From contig NC_087252.1 in the NCBI RefSeq assembly GCF_037042905.1, forward strand, positions 25,050,001-25,114,000: a stretch of DNA of 64,000 nucleotides, given 5' to 3'. Below are positions 1-13,475 of this stretch, piece after piece. The stretch comes from Lytechinus pictus (taxonomy: Eukaryota). Position numbers and translations under genes: made by a program. A model generated the notes under the pieces. The model worked only from the letters and a program-made list of their open reading frames with translations, made no database searches and was not told where the DNA came from. Every line of letters starts with the position of its first letter. Positions within the stretch are counted from its first letter, which is position 1.

Positions 1-265
1 AGTAGCTGTCTTACACTAAAGGCCATAGAGGTGGCACAATGTGGAATGTGTAAAGAAGAAAAGCGACTGACCTTTTTTTATTAAAGCATTGGAAAATAAG
101 ATTAAAATTAAAGGATTTACTTTACACTTTTGTATGATTCTGGGATTTTTAAAAAAACAAATTAAAGATTTCATGACATCTGTGGGCAACTGCCCCGGCA
201 ACTGCCCCGCCCCAGTCCACTCTGTAAGCTAGGGCATGCGATAAGCATCCTACATAGAGTAAATC

Positions 266-776
266 CTGTATAGTGATTGGTTCAAGTAGCATCATGTGAC
301 CTAATATATTTCAACTATGATGTTGCGTGACGTCAGACCTCGATATATTTTTGGATATATCGAGGTCTGACGTCATTATTTCGCAAAACTGGATATCTAG
401 CTAAACTCTCGGGCGCACCGGCCAGCGCGCTCTCTCTCCCGGGCAAGTCCCGCGATGCGTCGGCGCAGGCACTGATCTGCGTTCTGCTGAGCGCGGTGGC
501 TCGGAGAAAAGTAGGTAATTCAACTCAAGTAACCGGACTTTGCAAGCTCAACGCATAGATTTTGGTTGTAAATTATCAAAAGTAGGATATAAAACAAATA
601 TACCAGGCGTTTCATTCGAAAGCATAGTGGGAATTATTAATCCTCGGTTGGACTGGCAAAACTACTATATTTCCCTCGGGGCTTCGCCCCTCTGGAAAAA
701 TAGTAATTGCCAGACCAACCTCGGATAAATAATTCCACTATACTTTCTCAAAGCCTGATATATTTGTTTATTATAC
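266..776. mobile_element. Palindrome-ended repeat, possibly a Crypton-type non-autonomous element
   Basis: Imperfect ~185-bp palindrome at 588-773 centred on GGGCTTCGCCC; half-copy at ~30580-30665. Confidence 0.4.
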
Positions 777-804
777 TTTTATGACCATTCAACAATAAAA
801 TGTA

Positions 805-1255
805 TAACCAGGTGCCGTTGATCATTCTTAACCGGCGCCGATCTATATTTGGTTGGCAATAGGCCCTTCTTCATTATTCTACCGGCGCCTATTTATTGGA
901 ACCAGGGGACGCTGATTATTCTTGACCGGCGCCGATTTAAATTGAGGTGGCGGTTAAGACAAAGTCAGCGCCGATTTGTCTTGACCGGCGCCGATTTAGA
1001 ACAAGTAGTGCTGATTATGTTTACCGCGACGTCACGTAAGAATCAGTCAGCGGCAATTCATAATCGACTGGCGCCGTTTAGCTCCAGGAGGCGCCGATTA
1101 TTTTTGACTGGCGCCGATTTTTAACCAGGTGGTGCTGATTATTTTTGACCAGCCCCGATTTGGATTTAGGTGGAGCTGATTATTCTTGATCGGCGCCGGT
1201 TAAGACTCAGGCAGCGCCGATTTATAACCAGATGGCGCTGATTATTCGTGTCCGG
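805..1255. repeat. Degenerate ACCGGCGCCGATTT tandem array (continues at 9712-9800)
   Basis: Motif recurs about 10 times. Confidence 0.7.
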
Positions 1256-1862
1256 TGTACCGGCGGATCCTGCGCCTGGCAGATACTGTTCTAGGCACCA
1301 AATCCGCCGGCGGATCGTGTTCTTCTCTGGCGGATTCATTACCACTCTCTTCGGAAGATATCGTTCTTGCGCTATCGCGATATCCTTCATTCACATACGT
1401 CACGTGGTACGAGAAAACTAGTCAAAAGCGGTAGATTTCATCAATTAAAGCTTGCAGAAAAAGATATTTATGTTATCTCTATGTGATATGAGTGAAAAAA
1501 TAAAATGCGTAATCTGAAAGGGGAAAATAACGCATTTTCTTGTTACAACTCTATGGAATTACACCACTTCTAACATTGCGAGGCCGGTGAAAGCATTTTC
1601 GAAACCCGATATATTCAGCTGTAAGCGATGACTGCATGAAACTTGCATTTCTGTTTTTAGTTTAAATTAATAGCTTTCGATTTGTCTGATTTGTCAATTA
1701 AATTTTGGGGTCTGGTCTGGGTCTTTAAATAGTCCACACTTAGTCTTCATTCAACTGTCAATGTCTGCTGCACTACTAGTATACAAAGAATTTTCCCCCA
1801 AGATAATGCTTGTATTCAAATAACATGCATTTGTTAATTTATTTCATACCTATTAATTTGTT

Positions 1863-4800
1863 CCCAGGTAACAAGCCAACGTTGGCTCCACGTTGGAAAC
1901 TTGAAAGTCGTTGGACGTTGGAAAAACTTGATGGATTAACGTTGAATCGACGTTGGAAACTAGTTTGATGGAAAGATGATGGACAATCAACAATGACACG
2001 ACGTTGGCAACGTTGGAAACTTGTTAGTTGGAGAGTTGTTGGACAGTCGACAATGTCACAACGTTGGAAACACGTTTGATTGGATAGTTGTTGAACAGCC
2101 AGCAAAGGCACAACGTTGGCAACGTTGGAAACTAGTTCGCTGGAAAGTTGTTGAACAACCGACACTGGCACAACGTTGACAAAGTTGAAAACTAGTTTGT
2201 TGGAGATTTGTTGGACGGTCGACAATGTCACAACGTTGGAAACACGTTTGATTGGATAGTTGTTGAACAGCCAGCAAAGGCACAACGTTGGCAACGTTGG
2301 AAACTAGTTCGCTGGAAAGTTGTTGAACAACCGACCATGGCACAACGTTGACAAAGTTGGAAACTAGTTTGTTGGAGATTTGTTGGACGGTCGACAATGG
2401 CACAGCGTTGGAGACTAGTAAGTTGGAGAGTTGTTGGACAGTCGACAATGTCACAACGTTGGAGACACGTTTGATTGGATAGTTGTTGACAGCCAGCAAA
2501 GGCACAACGTTGGCAACGTTGGAAACTAGTTCGCTGGAAAGTTGTTGAACAATCAACAATGACACGACGTTGGCAACGTTAGAAACTTGTAAGTTGGAGA
2601 GTTGTTGGACAGTCGACAATGGCACAACGATGGAAACTAGTAGGTTGGAGATTAGTTGGATAGTCGACGATGACACAAGGTTGGCAACGTTGGAAACTAG
2701 TTCGATGGAAAGTTGTTGAACAACCAACTATGGCACAACGTTGTCAAAGCTAGAAACTAGTTCGATGGAGATTTGTTGGATAGTCGACGATGGCACAACG
2801 TTGGAAACTGGTAGATTGGAGATTAGTTAGATAGTATACAATGACACAACGTTGATAAAGCTGGAAACTATATGGGAGGTTGTTGAACAACTGACACTGG
2901 CACAACGTTGGAAACTGGTAGATTGGAGATCAGTAGGATAGTCGACGATGACACAACGTTGGCAACGTTGGAAAGTTGTTGAACAACAGACAATGGCACA
3001 ACATTGGAAACTAGTGTGTTGGAGATTTGTTGGACACGGCCAACAACGTCACAACGTTGGAAACGCGTGTTTGATTGGATAGGTGTTGAACAGCCAACAA
3101 AGGCACAGCGTTGACTTCGTCGGAAACTAGTTCGATGGAGAGTTGCTGAACAACCGACAAAGGAACAACGTTGGAAACTATTTTCTTGGAGATTTGTTGG
3201 ACAGTCGACAATGGCACAACGTTGACAAAGTTGGAAACTAGTTTGATGGAGAGTTGTTGAACAACGGACAATGGCACAACGTGGACAGCGTAATTGGAAT
3301 AGTTTATTGGAGAGTTGTTGACAGTTAACATTGACACAATGTTGGAAACTATAGTTTGTTGGATATTTGTTTGACAGTCAACATAATATCCCGGCATAAT
3401 ATACACAGTGTTGAGAACGTTAGAAACTGGTTCATTGGAGAATTAATAATGATATACAAACGACTACTCGCATAATTTCCGATGGGGCCAAAGGAAGTTT
3501 GGGATCAAGTAAGTTTGCTTGTCTATCCATGTCACCCTTGGTATCCCCAGCAATAAGGGGAAAAGAAATCGAGAGAAAAGGAAAATAATGGGAAGGGAAA
3601 GAGGAACTAAAACTAAGTCTAAGGGGAAAACAAAAATAAAGATGGGGTAGAATAGAGAGGCTGCATGCACCGGGGGATGCAAATGTGTCGATTAATGTAG
3701 AAAATAAAGGAGAAAAACAAGAAAAAAAATGTAGTTTAAGACCAGAATTTCCAGAAACGCCCTCGTCCTTTGCAGCTGGCTAGGCATTTCACAGTAAGTA
3801 ATAGATATGTCATAGGCCTACCGTCACATAACTAGAAGAAATTGAAGAAGGAAATACAAGCATCAAATGTGCCTATTTAAAAATACCATACTATTCTGAT
3901 GCGCAGAATTAGTCGCGACGTCGGACTCCTTCTGTTATGTGTGTGTAGTCTGCTTCCTTCAATTTTGAACTTGAAGAATCTGGCAGAATTTGGACCGGAT
4001 AGTGGATATAGACAATTAAATTCCAGAATATCTAGTGATCTGGAACAGTACTTATAAGCTGCATATTTAGGACCTACAATCTACAGTGGAATTTTCTTTG
4101 CACTTGCAGATAATCGGTAACTGCAACCATTGATCCCCTCCGAAAGATCCCGGAGTCAGCTTCTGTGCGCGTACAGTCCGACGCTAGTATATTGATGTAA
4201 GTACCCGGGGGGCCACTTACGTTGACGAGTGGATACCATGCGCGACCAAAAAAACACGTAAAAAGGATGTCTTTTTCAAGATAGGGCACGTTACGTACGT
4301 AACGTGATAAGGGTGTCAAAAACACAAAAATAATGAAAAAAGGGTATCTATTTCGCTAGGAAAGTTACGTGTTTAGGGTCAAATTTTCGGGAATGATAAA
4401 ACAAAATTAAAATGTTTTATAAAGGATGTCCTTTTCCCCCAACACTACGTGTTTAGAGTCCGATTTGCACGAGGTATGAAAGGTGGGGTCGTACTAAACC
4501 AAATGATGTGTATTGAAAGGTAAAACCAACGACCGAAGGACCCGTGACGTAAATATTCATGTGCTTGTTTAGGGGTTCATTTCAGGGAATACTTGCCAAG
4601 AGTATCGTTTTGTTTCCAATACTTGTTAAGGGTAGGGTTTCAGACGCCAATACGTGTTAAGGGGTGCATTTTCAGAATATGGAAAATACGTGTTTAGGGT
4701 GCTTTTCGAGACCCCATGGTCGCGCATGGTATCCATTCGTCAATGGAAGTGGCCTCCCCCGGGTGTAAGTAGTAGTAAAGTAGTAGGCCTACTTAACACC

Positions 4801-7665
4801 AGTCACTGCACAGTATAACATACTAACTAACCTCGTAATTAGCTTGTGTGAGTGACTAATACTAACCTCGCAATACGTGTGAGTGGGAACGAGTATGCGA
4901 TACCAAGGGCAAGGCAACAGTCATTGGATGATTTTCAAGTACAGTGTTGAAATCTGGTGTTGGTGTTTGTAAAATTCGCGCATGCGCCCTACACCCTCGG
5001 TACCGGTCTCGAACGGCCATTTTGCTATGAATTCTGAAAGAAGGAGAGCTACCGCGACAGAACTTTTCGTTTTTTGAGGTTCCAGTCTGTGCCTCGATGT
5101 CAGGAAGCTGCCACTCGTTAGACCTTCATCCATATAATCGTGGTAAGTGCTGAATTTCTGTTTTAACTATTTATTCGGATAATTATTTAGACCATACTTC
5201 ACGCTACTACCGTGGGTATGGTGAATTACACGGTAAGCCCCTGGGCTCCGGCCTGCTGAGAGGGCCGGAGCTCCCTGGGTTAGTGTTGGTGTTGTGACAA
5301 CACCGTACTTGAATCAGGCTGGTGTTGAGATTGACCTCGGAAAATATGGTGTATTTCCGGCAGTTTGTGTTGAAGGCTGGTGTTGATTGTCATCTGCTGA
5401 ACCCAACACTGCACTGTGGCTGCATGGTGTTGATGATCTACAAGCAATTTCCCCATTCAGCAACACCGACCCCCAGGGATTGGGAGAATCGTGATTTAAA
5501 GTTCAGTGTTGGTGTTGATAAACTGTAGCTCACGAACAGGGGGCAAACACGACGAACCATCTCCGTAAAATTATCTTTTACATTTAAGATGAGAGCAAAT
5601 CATTAGAGTTTTAATACATTTCAATGAAAAATAATATTACACTTGGTGTTGGAGCTCAGTTCAGCAGCCCTTTCACGCTCTCAACACCGTACACCGTACT
5701 TGAAATCACCCAATGACTTGCTACCTGGCATTCCTGCCTTATTTATTATACGCTGCCTTGTATTGACCTGGTCGGTCCTGCCTGGCCTAGCCTGGACCGA
5801 GTGTTTTCCAACTGCAGTCAAACCTGTAGTTGCTATGTGAGGCATGCTACACTTGACGCTGAAATATCATTTAATAGTTATGGCACGAGCGAGACTAGGC
5901 CATTGCCATACATATTGAGATATCAGTTGACTTCTATCTTAATCAAAAAGAGGCACTCTTTAGTTACAGTAGGCAGTAGCTACGTTACTCTGAGTGAGGC
6001 CAAGTTACGCGACCTCCTTTTTAGATTTTGTTAATACTGAGAGACTGCAATTACACATGTGAGTTTTTGTGATGATTACTGACGTTGCAATTGGCATTGC
6101 ATACCGAGTCATTAAACAATTGTAGACAGAAACAGAGATTGCAACTCACAAGAAAATGTAATACATCTTAATTCTTATTACATATGCATATGTTTTTTTG
6201 GTATTAGTCTTGTTTGAGAAAAAGAGGATGTCAAAAAAGTTTGAATGCTACAAAGGCCTCAATAAATATCACACGTAATTCTCTTGATTCCTCTTAATTA
6301 TGTGAAGAGACTTGTAACAGAAAGAATGAAAAGAAATGAATAGCTGTAATAATAGTTGTAATGTTTTTTGATAGAATCATGAACAGGTGACAGATGATGA
6401 TGGCACAGTGTTGAAAACTGTTTGATGGAGATGGCGCATCGTTGGATTTGTTTAAAATTAGACCAACAAAGAATCAACGTTACAACAACTTTTAACCGAT
6501 ATTAGACAAACATTGAATCAACGTTTACGCCAACGTTGGACTAACATTGGACTAAAGTTTAATCAACTTTCCATCAACATTGGACCAACATTATACCAAC
6601 GTTGGATCAACGTCACCCAACGTTGGACCAACATTGGACCAACGCCGCCAAACCTGCCTCACCTGTACAATGATTATGCACTCATGAATATTCATTACAT
6701 CAGTAAATGACCAAAATTTAAGGTAATATTGCGATGATAATTAGAGTATTTATGTTTATTCAATATTTCCACCATGAAAAGTTTCAGAAAAGTATGTGGC
6801 TCCATTACCATATCATTTATAATCAAAACATATTATTCTAAGTGAAATATTCAAGGTTAAGTGTGGAAAATTATATTAACTGTATTCTGCCGAGTATAGC
6901 AAAGTTGCTCTATATATAGGAGTCAATGACAGGATACAGTGGATAGGTGTAGGATGATAGGAATAGGATATAGGATTAGGATGTAGGATTTTAGGATAGG
7001 ATAAGACATGATGATGAAGATTAGAGTGTAGAGTTGTAATGGTGGACTTCACCTTGAAACCAATTAATGTTTTGTTAATTACTGCCATACGTTGGAATAA
7101 CGTTGGAGCAATGTTGGAGCAACGTTGTGACAACGTTGTAACAATGTTGGAGCAATGTTGCCAGACAACGTTGGAGCATTGTTGCTGGACAGCGTTGAAC
7201 CAACGTTGTAAACATAGTTGGACTGACGATGTATGCAAGTGCATGTCCATCGCTGCTTCAACGTTGCCCATCAACGTTGCAGCAACGCTGTTATTGATGA
7301 CTCAGCCGACATTATACCAACGTTGGAGCATTGATGGTGGACAACGTTGAACTGACGTTGGAAATGTTGTTGGTCTGACGATGTATGGACGTGCACTTCT
7401 ATCGATGATGCAACGTTGCTTACCAACGTTGTAGCAATGTTGTATTTGACTATTTAGCCAACATTGGATCAACGTTGCCAGACAACGTTGAAACATTGTT
7501 GCTGGACAACGTTGAACTGACGTTGGAAATGTTGTTGGTCTGACGATGTATGCGCGTGCACTTCTATCGATGATGCAACGTTGGCCTGCCAACGTTGAGG
7601 CAACGTTGGGAAAAAAATTCCCAACGTTGATCCAACGTTGGTCCAACGCTGTATTGTTACCTGGG
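1863..7665. mobile_element. CACTA/EnSpm-type non-autonomous element with long CAACGTTG-based subterminal repeats
   Basis: TIR CCCAGGTAACAA / TTGTTACCTGGG, 2-bp TSD TT. Repeat arrays at ~1875-3440, ~6470-6650 and ~7085-7650. Confidence 0.8.
4204..4763. mobile_element. ~560-bp MITE, CCCGGG ends, 8-bp TSD
   Basis: TSD TGTAAGTA on both sides; near-identical inverted copy at 21255-21819. Confidence 0.88.
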
Positions 7666-7797
7666 TTGCAGTATGAAAAATCCTTCTTATCACAATTTTA
7701 GGGATAAATTGGGCACAATATGCATCGATTAATACAGAGTATTAAATGAAGGCAAACAATGGCAGTTTCGATAATTAAAATCAGTATTTTGTATTAA

Positions 7798-8379
7798 AGG
7801 GATGGTCCGGGCTGAAAATATTCATATCTTAATACATAGAGTAGAATTCACTGAGCAAAATGCTGAAAATTTCATCAAAATCGGATAACAAATAATAAAG
7901 TTATTGAAGTTTAAAGTTAAGCAATATTTTGTGAAAACAGTCGTCATGAATATTCATTAGATGGGCTGATGATGTCACATCTCCACTTTCCGTTTTCTTA
8001 TGTTATTACATAAAATCATATTTTTTTCATTATTTCATACTTGTGTGAATAATATGTCTCTTTTATAATGAAATAAGTTGCAGCAATAAATATCTAATGC
8101 ACTAAATCAATTGTCAATTCAATTTTTCTAGTTCTTAGAGGAAAAAATTTGAATAAACCTAATTTCATATAATAAAATACAAAAGAACAAGTGGAGATGT
8201 GACATCATCAGCCCACCTAATGAATATTCATGACGACTGTTTTCACAAAATATTGCTAAACTTTAAAATTCAATAACTTTGTTATTTGTTATCCGATTTT
8301 GATGAAATTTTCGGCATTTTGCTCAGTGAATTCTACTCTATTTGTTAAGCTATAAATACTTTCAGCCCGGACCATCCCT
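7798..8379. mobile_element. TTAA-targeting MITE with ~190-bp TIRs (Kolobok-like ends)
   Basis: TTAA|AGGGATGGTCCGGGCTGAAA ... TTTCAGCCCGGACCATCCCT|TTAA. Confidence 0.88.
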
Positions 8380-11261
8380 TTAAGCTTTCTAAAGGGAAGT
8401 ATAAATAATGATCACTGCAAATGAAATTCTTGATTTACGAAATTCCAATGTATTACTATTATTTCCTCCACATTTTCTCGTAAATTTTTTTTTATTTTCT
8501 CTCCCTCCCCTTCCTCTTTCTGTTTCTTCTTTTTGGTGCTATATTACCCACGCGTATACGCCCCAGATATATTATTCATAATGTGCCAGAAAGGTTACGA
8601 AACTGGAAAAGAGGCAAAAGGGGCGAAATGAGCAGGGATAGAAAGAAAGGCAAAACAAATAAAGAAATGAAAACCAGGAGGGGTATAGTGAGAAACAAAA
8701 GATATAAAGGAGAAATTATATTTCACTAAAGATCCCATATTGATCTTAAAATTAGATGACTGAGAGGTAAATTAGGGAGCACCAAACGGTACTTGGCGTA
8801 TCTAACTTTTGTCCGGGTGAACTTCCGGTCCCCTTTAATTAATTCAGATTCCTTAACATTGAAAAAAAAAAATGTTTTTTTTTTATTCTTTTTTTTAAAT
8901 ACATGAAAAATTGAAAATATGCTTACAATTAACTACATAAGAAGTTGATCACGTTTTGACATTCTTTTTTGATGTTTGTTAGAAATATCAAATTTATGTT
9001 TTTACCAAAAATTAGCATTCTACAAGCAATAATATTATGAGCAAACAGCAAAACATAATTATTTTCATACATAATTTGCATCATTTATTTTGAAATATGA
9101 AGTTTTAACTTGTTGAAATTTTTCTAAACATTTGTAGTTTAAAAAACCTATAGGCCTATATGGGGTGCAAATTTTCGCCAAACAGTCTGGCAAACTGACA
9201 CTAAACATGGTGTGAAAAAGCACAGTTAAAGAGGTCGATGCATACTGCGGACTGAAAAAAGTATAAAAATTCACAAAATAGAATGATGAAAATTTCATCA
9301 AAATCTTATAATAAATAGCATAGTTTTGGCGTATGTGCCAGGTCTATGTAATACATGAAATATCGAGACATCATTTCTCCTATTAATCCTCATCCCCATC
9401 GAGCCCTTCGTCAAAAGCTGTATGGATCCGCCCCTGAATAAGAATTCACTATAAGGCGGACGAAACCCCCCCCCCCCCCCATTGCGATCGAGCTGCAGAG
9501 CCGCGCATGCGCGCGCTGCCGAGGTTGTCTGTCCAAATCAACATTAAACGTATAGTCAATAGAACCAAATCCGCCGAGGAACCAAATCTGCAAACATCAA
9601 GCCGCGTCAAACCCGGCGGATATGGTTCCGATTAAAAACGATATCGGCCATTTAGAACCATATCTGCCGGCGGATACGGTATCCGCCGGTGGAACCAAAT
9701 CCGCCGCTACACCGGCCCCGATTTAGATTTAGGTGGCGCTGCATTGATTGACGCCAGTTATATGCAGGCAGCGCACTGCTGATTATTTTCAACCGGCGAA
9801 GTTGTTGGGAAAAGGGTAGTTATAAGAAAAGGAAGATGATATGATTGTGCTTTGCTGGGGGATAGTCTTTCCTTTACTGTTGCTAATATTATATCAGTGT
9901 ATAATTTTTTTTAAGCGGCGCGCCTTCGGCGCCGCTCAAATATTAGGGGGGGGGGGGGGCTCACGCCCCCTGGATCCGCCACTGATCTCTATCTATCTAT
10001 TTATTTATCTATCTATCTACGTACGTAACGTGCCCTATCTTGAAGAAAAAAAAAAAAATTTACCTGTTTTTTGGTATCCACTCAATGTAAGTGCCCCCCC
10101 GGAATCGAGTTACAACTGTTGTATTGTAACTTTGCTTTTATGGCCACTAGCATATGGAAAGCTTGATTTTGATTGGCTGCCGAGCCCTGTTTCCATGGTA
10201 CTTGTCATAATAGGAAAGTTACAACAGTTGCAAGTCCTTTATGAAACGGGGCCAGAATAATGGGAGAAAAATATTGATGATTGAAGGTTAGATGAAAATC
10301 CACGACTGTATAGGAGTTATGAATTTTTATGTTTCAGCCCCCCCCCCCGTACGTTATGAGATTTTTTAAATGGAATACAGTGAATAAAACATGTTACAGA
10401 AGGGGGTATGAATAAATGTATCTGATGATATCCACCGTGCAAATAAAATAACTTTCATGGGCGGGAGAAAAAAAATCATTTTCTTTGTAGGGGCCGGGAC
10501 GGGGGATTTGATACCACATTATATCGAGCGACTTCTCGTCTGTGACGTCACAAAATGAAAACTTCAATTTTTTCATAATTCTTCTGGTGGATTTTTATTA
10601 AACCTTCACTGATATCTCTAATTCTTCAGCTTTTATTAAAACAAACTTCTAGCCATATATCCTCTTATCTCTGCTCATGCCTCTTCCCTTTGTTTTTTAC
10701 TACCTCAAGCTCGTAATCGGGGGGGGGGGGGGGATTGAACCCCCTTCCCCCCAAAAAAGGTTCTCGACTATTCCAAACAATTTTGACTCGATGACTTTTT
10801 CCCCCCTGTCAAATTTTTCAGAGCAAATGGCCCATAACAGTTTTTACTGATGACATTTTTTGTTAATATTTGTTATTATTAGTATTATTATTAATAATAT
10901 TATTTTTTTTTTTGGGGGGGGGTGTCAATTCTTTTCAGCCGAGGAACAGAAGGAACCAAAGGCTGTACTTTATCACATGAGTGGCGATATCTATTTTGAG
11001 AAGAAATTGCAAGTCGAAAAGTAAAACTGTCTGTCTAAATTTCAAGCATTTCCAAGTAATTCCCATCATCATTATTCTCATACGAATATCAAACTCATCT
11101 CTTCACCTTACTTCAAAAATTATTATTACAATCAACATTCATCATCCCTATTATTTCTAGTGATTTTCTACACTACATGTACTTAAATTCCTAATTTTTC
11201 TCTCTATTATCTCTTACTCCTTCTTTCATTTGTTTCCTCTTCTTCGCTCTTTTCTTCTCCC

Positions 11262-11408
11262 TACTACTAGGCCTACTTCTACTACTACCACCACCACCAC
11301 CACCACCACTACTAAAACTACTACTACTTCTACTACTACTACTACTACCACCACTACTACTCCCACACTACTACTACTACTACTTCACTACTAATACTGC
11401 TGCTACTC
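11262..11408. repeat. (TAC/CAC)n microsatellite
   Basis: Direct inspection. Confidence 0.9.
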
Positions 11409-13475
11409 AGAAAGACACAACAGAATGCATACAAAATAAGCATGAATATGCTGCCAAATTTATTCTTCTTTCCATAAATCTTGTTGAAAAACCAGTTGTT
11501 ACTATTTAAACAACTCACCAAATTAATAAAATCTATAAATTCATTACACAATCTATCAAAATAGTACATCATATAAATCATCAAAATGTTCTTTTTTGCA
11601 TACATTATAATCATCATTCAAGTAGAAAAAATATGAAAAAGCTGCTTTAAAAGTAACTGAATAATCATACATGTATCACACTAATAAATCAATTTTCTGT
11701 CTATTCTGGCACATACATTTTCATTGTTGGATTTGGGAAATATATTGCAAAGGAAAAAGAATCCCTTAAAATTCTGAATCCATTTTTTTTTCGTGGGGGG
11801 GGGGGGGGGTGGTAAATTCACATTTTTGTAATTTTCTGTCAAACATTCCGTTATGAACAATGAAAGAAATTGCCATCTTCTGTTTTACGATGCCATCATT
11901 CTCTCCATATCTAACTTACATCTTAGTAAATCATATTTAAATCACGCAAAGACGTTTGCTTGTATCATATTTTTTTTTTCAAATCCCTTATATATAAGTA
12001 TAAACTTGACACCACACCTTTATTTTGTAAAAAAAATAATATCATATCCATAAGTAATTAAACGAATTAAGAAAAATACATTCTTCAACAAAATAATAAT
12101 AATAAGGTATTTGTATAGTGCACATATCCACCTAGTTAGGTGCTCAAGGCGTTCCTATATCACCATGAATAAGCTTGTCTATCAATTGTTTCTCGCAGCT
12201 TTTCAGGAATTACTTCCTGCCAATACCAAGCATTTCCCTCACCTGGGTTGAGTGCAGCATATGAAATTAGGAAAGACCTTGTAATTGCCTCAACCCTGTA
12301 AAATCAAAAGATCTCAACCATATATCGCCTAAACAACCAAACTCGGTAAGCACTTTAATTAATAGCCTGTGTGTAAACTTAAAATTTGCATTGTAAGATT
12401 TAGGATAACATTATCAATCTTAATACTTTGCATAGCAAAAATGTGTATTTTTTCACATATAACAATTTAAATATTTCTTTGTCAATTCCAGTTGTTATAA
12501 GTTATGAAAATGAATAATCCAATTTGTCATATATTTTATTTAAAAGCTAAATATATACATAATTTGGTTCGAACTCTGAATTTGTGATGCAATTTGTGCG
12601 TTTTGATCATTTTTTTTATTCAAAAGTATTCCAATATTTAGGATATAACTTTAACTTCATTAATCTGATGGGGAATATGAGGAAAATGGTCTGGAAACAA
12701 TATATTTTGTACAAAAAGATGTCAATATTAACATGGGATGTGTCATAAAAAAAAGTCATGATGAATTCTGAAAGGTGAACAACTGTGTTGCATAGTTATT
12801 GCCAAAATCGTCAAGTGGAGGGGAGGCAGTCAATTCGCTGTCCTGGTCATTTTTTCAAAGATTAAATCCCATGTAGCTGTAATAAATTCAATGAATTCAT
12901 CTATGACCTTCCCAGAAGTATTTCCAATCGATCAGCATTTGATCAATTGACGACATACTTTCCTGCATGCTAAAACAACAACAAAATATTTCATTTACAT
13001 TGAACACACGATGCTAATATTTCAGAAAAAGTTTACATACATACATGTACTTCTTAATATAGCTCTAATAAATCTTATGTTTCTTACTTTATAATAGATC
13101 CATATACTTTATTTAAACATTATGGCCCAAATTCACGAAGGTGGTTTTAAAAATCCAAGGTTGAATCCATGGCTTATGCAGATTTCCTGTATAAATTACG
13201 CTTACATTAGCGCGTATATCGGGCGCGTGTATGAAAAATGTCCAATGCTGATGCACGCTTTTGTCACAGTGCGCCAAATTGACGCATGCATGTTGCCATA
13301 GTTAGATACGTCATTTTATTCATGAGTCCACTGTTTGAAGAGTGGACTCATGAATAAAATAGCGTGGATATCCACGGCAACAGGCGTCAATATGGCACAC
13401 TGTGACAAAAGCGTGCATCAGCACTGGACATTTTTTATACACTGCCCGATACGTGCTAAATTAAGCGTAATTTAT

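Larger units (their letters stand above)
1256..9711. mobile_element. Ginger1-like non-autonomous DNA element carrying nested insertions
   Basis: Ends TGTACCGGCGGAT / ATCCGCCGCTACA; CCGG duplicated on both sides (1252-1255, 9712-9715). The flanking GGCGCC repeat array resumes after 9715. Confidence 0.65.

Noticed and set aside
1839..3406. ORFs of 131-223 aa with VQQLS/NVANV repeats (similar ones at 6876-7693)
   Set aside because: Translations of the CAACGTTG subterminal arrays; open in several frames, no splice or domain evidence.
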